Translations under genes and position numbers: made by a program
Notes under the pieces: generated by a model
Told to the model about the DNA's origin: nothing
The model's input: the letters and a program-made list of their open reading frames with translations, nothing else
Databases searched by the model: none
Shown: positions 1 through 13,667 of the stretch, in pieces
Numbering within the stretch: the first letter of the stretch is position 1
Layout of the letters: every line of letters begins with the position of its first letter
From: Hemiscyllium ocellatum
Taxonomy: Eukaryota
Assembly: GCF_020745735.1 (NCBI RefSeq)
Contig: NC_083410.1
Location: forward strand, 55,216,117-55,280,116
Length of the DNA: 64,000 nt
Direction: 5' to 3'

Positions 1-196
1 TTTTCAGTTCTTGAAATTCACTCAATTGTGCAACTGTATAACATTCCGCTCATGTATAACTGTATCATTGCATTTCATCAATCCATGAATAAAGATGTGG
101 GATTCAAATGAACTAAACCAAGACATTCAACATAATCTGAAATGCCCATGATCGAGATAAAATTAAACATGTTGCTTGCTGTCAAGGGAAAATTAG

Positions 197-949
197 ACTG
201 AATAAAGTTTATACTGGTGTCATTGCGTTATCTTGTTATTTGACCAAGTTGTGGAATCAAAACATTTGGAAAAGATGGTGCACCGTGTAATTAATATTTC
301 ACTGAGGCCAGAGAACTAAATTTAATATTCTTTTTGCCACAGTTTGCCTGAAAGAAAATGATAATTTATTTACATTAACAGTTGTGAAATGATTAAGGTG
401 AACTAACCTGGAACACAGGAAGATTGTTTGCATTGAATCTCACTTTACTTGGATAAATTTCAGTTGCTTTGAGTTTTCTAGGGGTGTTTCCACTACAGGG
501 CCCAATTAACTTTCTTACTTTACCTTATCAAATTCTCCGCATTACCTACTTTGCCTTTAAGTCATACCTTATATCTGATTTTAGCCTCATCTTCCCACAT
601 GCCATTGGTACCACAATAATTCACCACTTCGTGGGTGTCCTTTGAAAGACTGCTATCCTTAATGCCCATAACGTCTTTAAAAGGCCATTGTGCGCCCAAA
701 TAAAGTGAGATTCAACCTAAAGAATCTTCCTGTGATCCAGGTGAGCTCATCTTAATCATTTCACAACTGCTAATGTAAATAAATTATCATCTTTTTTCAG
801 GTAAACTGTGATAAAAAGAATATTAAATTTAGTTCTCCGGCCTCAGTGAACTTAATTATATTGTGCACAATATTTTCCAGATGTTTTGATTCCGCAACTT
901 GGTCAAATAACAAGATAACTTAATGACAACAGTATAAACATTATTCAGT
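197..949. repeat. Long inverted repeat / fold-back (MITE-like) element; arms 197-452 and 696-949, spacer ~243 bp
   Basis: Arm 1 (actgaataaagtttatactgg...cactttacttgg) aligns end to end with the reverse complement of arm 2 (ccaaataaagtgaga...ttattcagt). About 30 differences in ~255 bp, counted by eye. Confidence 0.9.
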
Positions 950-959
950 GGATAATGGG

Positions 960-3900
960 ATTAGTATTGGCAATCTGGTGTTGCCTCTCCCCAGTAGAGT
1001 AATGGCAGAGCAACCACAAAGCCACACAGTTCACAACAGAGAGCGAGTGTGACTGACACTGCCTCTCACATACAACCCCATTCTGTTACCCTCGTCGCTG
1101 CTGAAACACCAGTGTACCTATCCTCCCTTCTGCACACCGTTTCAAAATTATTGCTACCCTGTCTCAAATGTCCACTGGACACCCATATCTTATCATTGTC
1201 CAGTCAGGAAACACCACATACTGGCAAACAACTGGGTAATTCCAAACATGAACTTTCATTTACATCCAGCAAAAACAAACCTAAGCAAAATGTAGGCTGC
1301 AGTTCATCCCCATAATGCAAACCAAAGGGAGGTGTAATGAGCAACAATTAGACTACATTCGATAATGGTCTGCCGCATACGGCTCTCATCTATTGGAAGT
1401 GGTGTCAATCAGGTCCTGTCCGACTTGTCGCAGCCAATCCAGCACAAGGAGAACTCTCTCTTCCCCTGTGTTCCTGTTCTCCTCTTCGAAGACTGCTCAT
1501 ATTCCCCAGCTCTTTACCAGCCAGTACATCGCTCTGTTGCCTGATCTAATAGCACACAGAATACCAGTATGATGCAGCATCTTCTGTCTAAACTAAACTG
1601 GAGAGCACTCCTAGACTGGCCTGAGCAGTGGAGGCAGGCCTATCATCTGTTCCAATACTGTCCCAGTCACAGCTTGTGCACCAACTTGCTGAAGGTGCAA
1701 TAACAGCGGAGTGAGCAACACATTGAAAAGGGAGGGAATGCTACACTCAATCACCTTCTCATTCCAGATCCACATCGATCATTCAACTTTTCATTCCATT
1801 CAGTGGAGTCATTCATCATACTTCCATGACACATGATAAAGCAATTATCTCCCCTCACATAGTACCCTTGAAAATTTCACAAGTGATGGGACACTTTTCA
1901 TAAAATTGTAGAATCCCTACAGTGTAGAAGAGGCCATTTGGCCCATTAAGTCCACACTGATCCTCTGAAGACCACCTGACACACACCCATGCCCCTACCC
2001 TATCCCTGTAACACTGCATTTCCCATGGCTAATCCACCCAACCTGCACATCTTTGGATTGTGGAGAAAAAAAACTGGAGCATCAGGAGGAAACCCATGCA
2101 AACATAGGGACAATGTGTAAGCTTCATTCAAACAATCACCTGATGCTGGGAGGCAGCAGCACTAACCATTGAGCCACCATGTCATCCCTTTCAGGTAGCA
2201 TTCACCTACTTTTTCCTCATTGCAATGGTAATGTTTGCAAGCATCAATGGCATGAAGCAATCTATCTTTTACAAATAATCAACATGTTCACTGTGCAGGC
2301 ATTCCATGTGAGTAAAGAAATAATTGCAATCAGAGTGTAGCTGGAGTTTGCAAAACCATGTATCATGTATTTGCCCTTCAATGTCCGAGCATTCAGCAGA
2401 CATGGATTTTGTCCACCAAGCTAATATTGACTCTGCCCATCCTGGGTATTGTCACATCCCTTTTCCAGTTGCATTTTGGATATAGGCAACAGTAAGTGAT
2501 GGCAGAAGGATGCTGGTGGTGGACACTGTCAGCATTGGGCTTCTGCTGGTTACCAGCTACCCCAATTTTCTTACCCAGATAATCCCTGTCCCCTTGACCT
2601 CTTTTTACCCCAAGAACCTATTTTCAACCATTCCCACCATGTAGACTCCATTGCATTTGCCTGTAACAGTCATCGCTGCCCTTCGAATGTCAACATTACA
2701 TCTAAATGGTGCCCTTCTGGTCCTGTACACTGCCCAGGGGAAGCTTTGGTGGTGCTCACTGGCAACAACCTTCCCTCTTGTAGCCAACCATGCTCTGTGC
2801 TGCTGTTCGCATGCACCTTCAGATACTGCCCCCCTTCCCCTCCCATCCCACCCCACATCACTTTCCTTGTTTCAATCTATAAAATGCCTCTGCCTCCAGC
2901 CTACTCCCCCCAAAAACCTTGCGTCTTCAGCCCCGTTTGGTAGCTATCCTCACACTGTCCCAACAGGCCCCTATTGAACTTCCTTCAACAATCAACACAC
3001 AGATTTCTGGACTTTATTTGCCCCAGCTCTCTGACCAGCTTTGACAAATACCTGTAAGTACCACTGTCCAGACCCCTGAGCACTGTGTTTGCAGCTCCCC
3101 AAATGATGATAGACATTTCCACTGACCTCTTGAGATGGTCTTACCAAGCTGACTGTTCACACTATCTGAGCCAAAGCTAGAGTTATTCCCAGATCATTAG
3201 TAACCACAGAGGATGACTAACCCTATGGTCACTAAGCCCTTGGGCTTTGTACACACTGTACCCTGGACTGATGGTACTAGAAACCTACCACTGACTGTGG
3301 CCCCTTGACTAGACTGGAGACTCACCCACACCCACTCTCCAACTTGATTGAATAAGCCTGCAGAGCGTTTGCCACCCAGGCAGCAGGCACATGGTATAGG
3401 TGTTAGATTGGAGTCTTGATGCGCTGTTCAACAAGTTTCCCCCACCCAAGTCAGGCACCCAACTGACAAGCAGCACATTAATACCACACTACAGATAGAC
3501 TTGACTCTGACTGAGGTGCCAACTCACGGGCAGGATAGTCTGTGAGCAAGCGTGTAGGTGCTAAATGAGTGAGAAGCAATGAAGCAAGCAGTGCTGAGAT
3601 GCAGCCGGCACAGTGAATGTCTATTGGTGTATGCAGAGTGCACTCACAGGAAACCTTTCAATGATAGCTACTAGTGCTCCTTGCCATGCAGATCCAGGCT
3701 TCCTCAGCATTGTGCAAGTGGATTGGAGAGGTGCCATGAGGGTTGTTAGAGGCTGGCAAGTATCAACATCCAATGTCTGTGGAGGAAGGATGTGTGCAGC
3801 TGGTGTCTATGGAGTGTGTCCAGAGATTTGTTCCATCTTGAGCAACATTAGTGTGTTTGCAGCCAGCAGTGAGCTCAGGTCAGCAGCTAGCTGGTCTGGT

Positions 3901-4177
3901 TTGTGTATCCAGTTTATTGATGTCTAGCTTGTTGAGTACATTTGGTATGATAGGAAGCTGAAAAATCAGTGAGGCAGGTTGTGCCTTTAATGAGGCAGTT
4001 AACAGATAGAACCCCCTTTAATTGACAACTTGCTGCTGCCTAGTGAGAAGCTGGCCTCACTACTTGGCAGATATATAAAGGAGGCGGTGAGATGCTCTGG
4101 CATCAAATTGGACCATGCAGAACATCTCGTGTGGTTCTGCCACAAATCTAAACACAGCACACATTAAGATTCCGCCC
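960..4177. mobile_element. Highly decayed Harbinger/PIF-like DNA transposon (putative)
   Basis: The + strand gives peptide remnants HIPQLF (~1498) and EYQYDAAS (~1559), in the order of the HARBI1-type transposase C-terminus. A TIR-like end AAGATTCCGCCC at 4166-4177 is followed by TA. No left TIR found. Confidence 0.35.
1909..2188 (-). mobile_element. HE1-like tRNA-derived SINE (older, diverged)
   Basis: Reverse complement of the SINE head (gcagcagcactaaccattgagccacc), core (ggctaatccacccaacctgcacatctttgga) and CR1-like tail. Similar to the other copies in this window. Confidence 0.85.
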
Positions 4178-4989
4178 TATAACTCAGTGTACTGCGTGCT
4201 CCCTGCCAGTTCAAAGGAGCAATATTTAACAATGCAAACTGCAAGGAGAAATGACCAAATATAAATCACAAAGTCAAACCACAGTTTCAGGAATCTTACT
4301 GTTATCTTTTACTTTGACATTGATTAAAGTTCGGTCAGTGGTCCTGACAGCAAAATAAGTCACCTTCAGCACACGGAATGAGCTAGCTTATGAAATAATG
4401 GGTATAGGCTAAAGGCTCGTGTGAAGGCACAAGTGTATCGGATGCAGGGTCTGTTTCTAATAGGGAGGTGCAAGGCTGAGGACAAGCGTAACTGTAACTC
4501 ATTCTATTCAGCCCATTGAGAGAATATACAGGAAAACTGCCATCCCTTCACCCTGGAGAATCTGTGGGTCACAGTGTCAAATAATGCTCTGTTGATCTCG
4601 TAGGCTCTGTCTTCATTATTTGAGACTTACAACTCATTTGGTGAGCATCATCCCTGATTAAATTGAGGCAGCAGGTTGATTTATAACTTCTTGTAGTTGC
4701 ACACAATAAAGTTGCCTTCTGCTGACATACTGTAAAATTATCAGACTCACTGCAAGGGCCAGAATTGCTATTTTCCTTGGCAATTTGTATCCAGTCGCCA
4801 ACTAGCAATTCACAAACCCACACAACGATAACACAAAGTTATGGTAGCAGATGAGCTGACTGGTATGGAAACTGGCAACATTTTTTCTCTTCTGATCATG
4901 TTTAATATTGATAAACCTACAGGTTATATGGCTCAATGCTATTTCGATTCTGCCAAGTTTGGCCAGGATATAAGAACATAAAAGCCAAA

Positions 4990-5913
4990 AAGTTTGCCAT
5001 TTATATAAATAATTTGGATGTGAATATAGGATGAATGGTTAGTAACTTTGCAGATGACACCAGAATTGGTGATGTAATGGATAGTGAAACAGTTTATCTC
5101 AGAGTAAAATAGAATATTCATCAATTGGGCCGATGGGCCGAGTAGAGGCAGATGGAGTTTAATTTAAATAAATATGATGCATTGCACTTTGTAAGGCAAA
5201 TCAGGGCATGATTTATTACCTTTTAATGGTAGGGTCCTGGGGAGTATTTCCAAACAAAAAGACCTTGAAGGTGGAGTCACAGATAGACAGTGCAGTGAAG
5301 AAAGCATCTAGTACACTTGCCTTTATTGGTCAGCACATTGTGTATTGGAGTTGGGATGTCATGGTGCTACTGTACAGGACATTGGTTAGGCCACTTTGGA
5401 ATATTGTATTCATTTCTGGTTTCCCTGCTATAGGAAAGGTATTGTTAAACTTCAAAGAATGCAGAAGAGATTTACAAGAATGTTGCCAGAGTTGAGTGGC
5501 TGTATAGGCTAGGGCTATTTTCCTTGGAGCATCAGAGGCTGAGAGGTGACCTTATAGAGGTTTATAAAATCATGAAGGACATAGATAGGGTGAGTAGCTA
5601 AGGTCTTTTTTTTTGGGTAGGGGAGTCAAAAACTGGAGGGTATGGGTTTAAGGTGAGAAGGAAAAGATATTAGAGGGACCTAAGTGGCAACTTTTTCAAG
5701 CAGATGGTGATGCGTATTTGGAATGAGTTGCAAGAGAAAGTGGTGGAGGCTGGTAAAATTACAATATTTCAAAGGCATCTGGATGGGTATGTGAATAGGA
5801 AGGGTTTAGACGGATATGGACCAAATGCTGGCAAATGTGAATAGCTTAATTTTAGATATCTAGTAGGCACAGACCAAAGAGTCTGTTTTGGGCTGTACAA
5901 CTCTATGACTCTA
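4990..5913 (+). mobile_element. CR1 (HER1-like) LINE 3' fragment
   Basis: RT motif FADDT (tttgcagatgacacc ~5047), then LYRTLVRP, the CR1 3'UTR and the ctctatgactcta tail. Frameshifted. Confidence 0.9.
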
Positions 5914-6224
5914 AATAGGATCAGAAGTAGTTTATTCAGTTCCTCATGTTTACCCCATGATTCAATAAAAGTATGGATGGACTGTCCCAGGTTTGAAGTC
6001 CTTCTTACCAGCTCATCATAGCTCCTACTTCTACGATATTTCAACAATCTAACTACCTCCTCTTTAACATCTCAGTGATTTAACCTCCACAACTCTGTGG
6101 GGTAGTGAATTCCAGATATTCACTACTCTTTGGGAGAATAAATTTATGTCCCTTAGTTCAAGATTTCTCCTCAAGTGGAAACATTTATCGAAGATCTACC
6201 CTGTCAGGGTTCCTCAGAATCTTG

Positions 6225-6451
6225 AGTGTGGTGTTGGAAACGCACAGCAGGTCAGGCAACATCCGAGGAGCAGGAGAATTGACATTTCAGGCATAAGCCT
6301 TTCATCAGGAAATCTTTCTGAAATCTTTCCTGAAGAGGGGCTTATGCCCGAAATGACGATTGTCCTGGCCCTCGGATGCTGCCTGACCGGCTGTGCTTTT
6401 CCAGCACCACACTCTTGATTCTGATCTGTAGAATCTGCAGTCCTCACCTTC
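6225..6451 (+). mobile_element. Penelope-terminus fold-back insertion with two opposed degenerate hammerhead motifs
   Basis: Arms ~6225-6310 and ~6328-6413 are reverse complements. 14 bp TSD TCCTCAGAATCTTG at 6211-6224 and 6452-6465. Confidence 0.9.
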
Positions 6452-6812
6452 TCCTCAGAATCTTGTATGTTTCAAAAAGATTACTCATCATTCTCTCAAC
6501 TCTAATGAACAAAGGCCTAACTGGTTTAGCCATTTTTAATAAGCCAACCTCATTCATCCCAGGAATCAGCCTAGGCATCTTATTTGGACTGCCTCCAATG
6601 CCAATACATTCTTTTCTTAAATGCAGGAACAAAACCTGTACACAGTACTTCAATTAAGCCTTACTAAGACCCTGTGCCATTGTAAGAAGACTCCCCTGTT
6701 TTTAAATTCCAATCCTTTAGCGATAAAGGCCAAATCTATGTCTCTTATCCAAGGTTGGGCCACTTTTGGATTATTGTGTGTAATTCTGGTCTTCTTCCTT
6801 TTGGAAGGATTT

Positions 6813-7300
6813 TGTGAAATTTGAAAGGGTTCATAAAGGATTTGCAAGGAAATTGTCAGGGTTGGAGGGTTTGAACGATAGGGAGAGGCTAAACAGGCTG
6901 AGGCTGTTTACCCTGGAGCGTCAGAGGCTGAGGGGTGACCTTATAGAGGCTTATAAAATCATGAGAGGCATGGATAGGCCAAATAGACAAGTTTTTTTTC
7001 TCTCGGATGGGGTAGTCCAGAACTAGAAGGCATAGATTTAGGGTGAGAGGGGAAAGATTGAAAAACAGACCTAAGGGGCAACTTTTTCATACAAAGGGTG
7101 GTACGTGAATGGAATGAACTGCCAGAGAAAGTGGTGGAGGCTGGTACACTTACAACATTTAAAAGGGACCTAGATGCGTATATGAATAGAAAGGGTTTAG
7201 AGGAATATGGGCCAAGGGTTGACATATGGGACTAGATTAATTCAGGATACCTGGTCAGCATGGATGAAGGGTCTGTTTATATGCTCTATGACTCTATGAC
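6813..7300 (+). mobile_element. CR1 (HER1-like) LINE 3' fragment
   Basis: ERLNRLRLFTLERQRLRGDLIEAYKIMRGMDR, the CR1 3'UTR and a (ctctatga)n tail. Confidence 0.92.
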
Positions 7301-9541
7301 TTTTCTTGATTACTTGCTGAACCTGCATGATAACCTTTTAAAAATATATTTATTTTGATTCATTCACGGGATTGGGTTTGTACTGACTAGGCCATCATTT
7401 ATTGTCCCCTCCCTCGTTACCATTGAGAAGATGGTGCTGAGCTGCCCTTTACAACATCGAAATTCATTTGGGAGTCGATTCTTCTCATGTTTCACGTACA
7501 AGAACTTACTCCCAAATCGCTGTATGTGGCACTTTTCTTGGAGCCTCTCTCCATTTAAGTTAGAAGTTCCTACCAAAGTGCATGATATCACACGTTCATA
7601 CATTGAACTCTACCTGCCAGGTTTTTGTTCCCTTTCCCTGAACCTATCTGTATCTCGATGCAGACTGTTGATGTCTTCTCAAAACATGCTCTTCCACATG
7701 TCTTGTATCCCCAGCAAATTTGGATATGTTACACTCTATCGACTCCTCCAAGTCATTACTTTAGATAGTAAATAATTTAATCCGTAGAATTTGTGGCCAC
7801 TAGTTACATCTTTCTGAACTGAAAAAAAATCATTAATTCCAACTCTCTGTTTTCCAAGTTTTAACTAATCCTCAATCTATGCTAATACACACCCCAATCC
7901 CATAAATTCCTAACTTGTGCAATAATCTATGAGATGGCACTTTCTTAAATGCCTTCCAGAAATGCAAATACACTACATTATTTCATTATTTCTGCTTATT
8001 GTATTGTCAAAGAACTTTCGTAATTTTGTCCAACGTAATTTTCCTTTCACAAACTCATATTGACTCTCAGTATGATTATGTTAAGGTTTTCCAAGTATCC
8101 TATTATTTCTTCCTTAAGCATGGGCTTTAGCATTTTCCCAATGACAGATGTCAAATTAACTGGCTTTCATTTCCTACTTTCTGTCTCATTGAAGCAAACA
8201 GTGGCCCACACTGGGGTGAAATTGAAGTAGTGGTAACATTGGTCCACAATCGTGTTGAAAGTGAAGGGAAGCATTGGCCCACGCCAAGGGCTAACCACTT
8301 ATAAAGAGTTGTTAATGAATATAACTAGGGAAAGGCCTGACTTTCTGTGTGTGGACAATGACCATCCAGGCATTGTGCCACTCTACTTTCACATTACCAC
8401 CAATAAAAGCTCATTCTTAATATGCATGAGCCTTTATCCCTCTTACCAAGTTAATTCCCCTGTTATGCAGACCACAAGTAGCACCGAGTTTCCTTCCATT
8501 AAGAAGAGACCAGTGCTTGAGACCCTCAGCTTTCATTTCACTCGGAGAAGGAAGCCACTACATCTTCTGAGGAAGCGCTGTGAAAGTTCGCAGCTACATG
8601 CTTGTCTATCCCTGCACACAAGACATCCTGAGTTAAACATACATGTTCCAAGTGTCCCTAAGCTCCAAAGTGCAATGTTCAAAGGAGAAAGTTGCCTGTC
8701 AGTTGGCCTGAGATCACACATGATGTTGTTGTGAGGTTACTGGTTTGCTGATGCTGACTTGCATGGGCAAAAGATGGAGGACGACAATGGCCATCGAGAG
8801 TGTGGAGACATTGCTGTGAAGAAACAGTTGGATGATGGCTGTGGCAAGCATTTGATGAGTTGCAGATAACAGATACTTATTCTGACTTTTATATTGGGAA
8901 TTTATGGTGTTGAAGAGAGAAAATTTGGATATGATCTGCAAAATAAAGGAAGTTGAGTTTATAATGAGGTGGAAATGCATGGAAACCAAATAATCACTAC
9001 ACAAAGGTAAGATTCTGAAGTCACAATTTAAGCTTGAGGAGAAAATCACAAAAGAAAATTCCCATTCCTGATTTTGTTATTCTGTCCGTATTTTCTCAAC
9101 CTTTTCATCATTTTTGGCTCCACCCTCAGGGGGAGAGAATTCCGTCAATTGATTCAAACCTTCGGGCAGTTTCTACCCCTTCTTGGATTGAAATGTAGAG
9201 TTTCACATAATGAGAATATGATATATGAAATTCTGTGCTGGGAATGCTGAGCATGAAATTTTACCATGTAGGAGAAAGGAATTGTTTCCTGGTGATTTTT
9301 ATTTCATAAATCAAGTGAGATAAAACACAAAGCCCAATGACAGCAGCTCAAGTGTAGGAAATTAGAAACAGGAGAAAGTAAGGAATGAGAAAAATCACCC
9401 AGTCACATAAAATAATTTTTATGTGGGCTATTTAATTTGTGTTTCCATCACTAATGGATGCTGCTCCACACATCCAATGCCTTGGGTTAGATAGCTAATA
9501 AAAAGAAAATATTTAAGATAATAGCATGCAAAACTTTCCTT

Positions 9542-9810
9542 GATTAGATTACTTACAGTGCGGAAACAGGCCCTTCGGCCTAACAAGTCCACACCAACCA
9601 TACCCCTACATTTACCCAACACTACGGGCAATTTAACATGGCCAATTCACCTGACCCACACATCTTTAGACTGCGGGAGGAAACCGGAGCACCCGAAGGA
9701 AACCCACGCAGACACAGGGAGAACATGCAAACTCCACACAGTCAATCGCCTGAGGCAGGAATTGAACCTGGGTCTCTGGCACTGTGAGGCAGCAGTGCTA
9801 ACCACTGTGC
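9542..9810 (-). mobile_element. HE1-type SINE
   Basis: Reverse complement of the tRNA head with B-box (ggaattgaacc), the conserved core and the tail gattagattacttacagtg. Confidence 0.92.
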
Positions 9811-10689
9811 TGATGTTCAGCATACATTGATATTACATTTCTACTTGATCCTATTCCATGTTTGCAGCTGTTGCTGACCTGAACTATGTGTGTTCAGGTT
9901 TTATTGATTTGTGTTTTGCACACAGAGTCAGTAGCTATGGGGCACCATACCATCATTAATCTTTCATTAATTTTAATGGACATAACAACCTGTAGACAAT
10001 GCCATGCACCAAATCCAAATTTCTGATGATTCATTCAAAATGTACTCTTCTGCATTGCAAACACACATTGGCAATACGCACCCTACTGTTTGTAGTTTTA
10101 ACCAACATCAGAATGCATCAATGTTTGAGTAATCTGTCACAGTACACTGAGCAATACACATGGTCATCATTGTCAACATCGCTGGGCACTGTACCGCCTT
10201 TAAAGAAAATAAACCATGAAATAGCCTTGGAGGAAGAAATTGAGTTATCTTCTATTGAAAAGGATCAGAGTTAGCCACCAGAAATCAACTGCACAAAAGA
10301 CTGAAATTCATTGAGCAATCATCAGAGTTGGAAATTCCTATTATAAAGTACTTAATATGCTTTGCTTTCTTATCCAAACACAAAGAGTTTTCTCTGAACA
10401 ACTGGAAATCATTGATTATTTTAAAGCTTCAAAGACTGTGTAAAATGCCTTCAAATTGACTCGTCAGGATTTCTGCAACGTACCGACAAACTGCAAGACT
10501 ACAGTTCCTTGCAGTTAAGCCTGCTGTAAAGATGATGGTTTTCTTTATTTCAGACAAAAATACAAAACTATAAATATGTCAAGTACCATTGTGTAATCCC
10601 CAACTGTCAAATGCTTCTGATGCTTTATTAGCTGGAAATGCCAATTTGAACATTGCTGCTCCTTTGCACTCACAAGGTCATTCTTTTAT

Positions 10690-11065
10690 GCATTCATGGT
10701 GTCTTGGAGTCATTGGAAAGTCACTATACAACCCTTTAGGTCCTTGAGAATGTGGTAGTCAGCTGTTTGAATACAAATGAGTGTCCGATTAAACTATTTC
10801 CGTGGACGGGTAAGAGTTAACTTCCATGGTGTTGCCCTTTACTAGATAAGGTCAAATTGGGTGAGGACACCTTCCCTGAACTACCTTTGTGAATCAGATG
10901 GGATTTTTATGACAATCATATAAACTTCATAGTCAATATTACTAATATGCACATTTTATTCCAAATTTTTATTTAATTAACTGAATTTGAATTTTGAACT
11001 TATGGCTCCATGTCACCAGTTCAGATCTTTGGATCATTAGTCCAGCAGCATGATGCCATAACCCT
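10690..11065 (-). mobile_element. Ancient tRNA-derived SINE (Deu-domain / SacSINE1-like)
   Basis: Shares blocks (ccttccctgaa, gatgggatttttatgacaatc, tggatcattagtccag) with 40575-40815 and 50575-50830. Family name from memory. Confidence 0.55.
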
Positions 11066-11829
11066 TATATTTCCAACAATGTGGAGCAACCTTTAAAGTA
11101 AATGCACCATGAAGAATTAAATGGAGTACACATTCTCCAGCTATGACCTCAGCAGTATGAGTTAAGTGACTATCCATGTTCCTATGTACCTAAGGAGGTG
11201 CTGTTAGCAAGGTTGTGTTTTTTATAATGGTCCTGTGGTGCCAGGAGAAGATGCAGGAGTGCACCTCCCAGCTCCACAGCCCTCCTGATGACCATGGTGA
11301 GCCTGTATTCAGATCCTTCTACTCTCCAAAACCTTTCCAAGGATTCATCTTAAGGTTGCCAGTTATTAATTTGGCTTGAAATTGAAGGTCTAAAATTAGC
11401 AAGTTGTCTGTGGAAGCTAAGCACGGTAACACCTATAACCACATGAATGAGTCAAGTGGAACAAATTATTGAGAGCCTCCTGTCTCTCATTTGGTTAATG
11501 CTGCACTGGTTATACACTTGTAAATGGACTGCAGCCAGTTTCATCTGCACTATAAACTAATTTCACATCTTCACTGAACTATGTGATCTGTCTGTCTATG
11601 CTTAACTTAACACCCTGCTAGAGAAATTTCACAGCAGACAGGTATTCATTAGTATAACAGCAACTCTTGATTGAGAATTACTAGCTTTCAAATTAATTAC
11701 ATGAAGAAAATTATATGCTTTAGTTTAAAGTGGCATTACAAAGAATTCTCACCAGGAGTGGGAGCAAAAACTATGTAATGAGTCTAGCAGGCATTTCAGA
11801 AGGAAAAGAATTTCCAAAAAAAACAATTA

Positions 11830-12240
11830 ATTGTCAGCTGCTTTGATTCTGATTTTTATGCAGGAAAGACTTGATAAAGCTCAAAGATCTAAATTGCAAA
11901 TATATACTATGTATAATACATAAAGAGTTTTCAGGTAATGATTTTTTTTTGTTAGAAGAGTTCAAAATAGTGTAAAGTAAGTGGTGAAAATAATGTTTTC
12001 TTTGGTAGAAGCGATGAAGAATAGTGGACATAGATTTAAAGCACCAGAAGTGACATAGGAAAGATTTATTTTATGCAATGAGTTGTGGTGCACTGGATCG
12101 CACTGACAAATGAATGGCAGAAACAGATTCTATTATGACACAGAAAAAGGCTTGAAAGGAAAAAATAATGCAGAGAAAGTACAGGAGGAGGAGGGATCCA
12201 CTGTGAACCAAAAGGCTTACTTCTATGCCACATTTTTTGA
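11830..12240 (+). mobile_element. Very degraded CR1 3' fragment
   Basis: Residual CR1 3' blocks such as ggacatagatttaaa and ttttatgcaatgagttgtggtgcactgga. Confidence 0.45.
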
Positions 12241-13667
12241 CTTTTTTTAATGACTCTTTAATCTTTTCATATTCAGGCCTCTCTCCCCAGATCTAAACAT
12301 AAACAATTTCTGCAACAGTTATCAATCTCCAAAATACTTAACCAAAATGCTTTCTTGGTACAGTTTATCAGGGGCCAGATGCTAGGGTGATTTATCCACT
12401 AACAGGATTATCTCCTTTCTCTTGATGATACAAACTTTGCTCTCAATGCACTTCTTTCGGAGTGCAGATTGAGAATGTCTATTCCCTCTCAAATGCTACT
12501 CAGAAAGTTACAGAAGTGCAATCTTCTCTTTCACAGCCTCCATTTGTTAGTAGCTGAACATGAATATCTATTCTTCAGGCTCCCAGTTATATCACTGAGT
12601 ATAGTCTTTCCTTGCAGTCACGAGTAGTCATTTCTCAGAAGACTTGAGACACTACTTGTATACCTTTATATTTCCTGTGTTTATTGATAGCTATTGAAAG
12701 AGTGCCATGTATTTAGATTGCATCTTCTTCAAATGTTTTTGTCCTATTCTGAAGCCATCCTAACACTGTCCTTCATGCAGGCATTTTCTTTCTGATATTA
12801 AATTACTTGATACGAAGGTCCTTTTCAATACACAAGAGATCAGAACATGATTTAATCTTTGTGCTGTCTTGAATACTCATTTAATAACAGCAGAAAAATC
12901 TTACCCCTACCAAGGTTGCATTTAAACCTGTTTTAGATTTTCTCTCGGTGACTTGAACTAATACCCAATTGATGGTGCAGCCATGCCTTTGACAGTCACT
13001 TGTGGTGTGAATATCTGGATCAGTAGGATGAAGAAGCAACAACTAATGATCATTATAGATGTTAATCTGACTGGATCCAATTGCCTGAGTCTTTCCTTTC
13101 CCAAGCTGAAATCTTCCTATCTATCAATGTGCATCTTCCATCAGAATTAGCAAAACTGTACAGCAGTAACTGTTGAGGCTGCATTCATTGCTATGCAGGC
13201 ATTGTTTCTTTATGCTTCACATTTCTTGTGGAGTAGAGTAGTCACACATTCATCACAAAAATAATTCAACACCTAAAAACTCTTTATGTTTTGTATGTAA
13301 TGTACTTGCAAGTTAAACTTTTGAGATTCATCAAGTCTTTCCAACATAGAAATCAGATCAATACCAAATGCAAAGGGACATGAATATACCACCACCTGGG
13401 CTGCAAACAAATGCAAATATCTGTGCCCAAAATCAGGCGCGAAACAAGTCCAAAATAGAATGGGGATCAGAAGTGAAAATTGAGTATAGTTTTCCATCCA
13501 TTCTAATATCTGAACAAATCTTGACTTAAGGTCAGATCTCTTTTTCAAAATCAGGAATGATCCTTTTTCTCCTGCACTAACACTCATATTGAGGCTTTAG
13601 TACAGTCCTTCCATCCATCATAAGCAACGTTTGCCCAATGACCAATATTAACATTCATGTCACCATG

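Larger units (their letters stand above)
5915..8190 (-). mobile_element. Older CR1 LINE remnant, interrupted by a PLE hairpin, a younger CR1 and a SINE piece
   Basis: Minus-strand peptides YCVQ...LRKE...RLIPGM...LFETYKIL and AFIAKGLEFKNRGVFLQ are typical of the CR1 ORF2 C-terminus. RT-like sequence continues to ~8190. Confidence 0.75.

Noticed and set aside
6225-6451. Hairpins as miRNA genes or DNA-transposon MITEs
   Set aside because: The arms match the 3' end of the Penelope at 33565-33676, and the TSDs are long and variable, which fits retroelement insertion.
8252-8734. 160 aa ORF
   Set aside because: GTG start, no motifs, and a composition consistent with a chance ORF.
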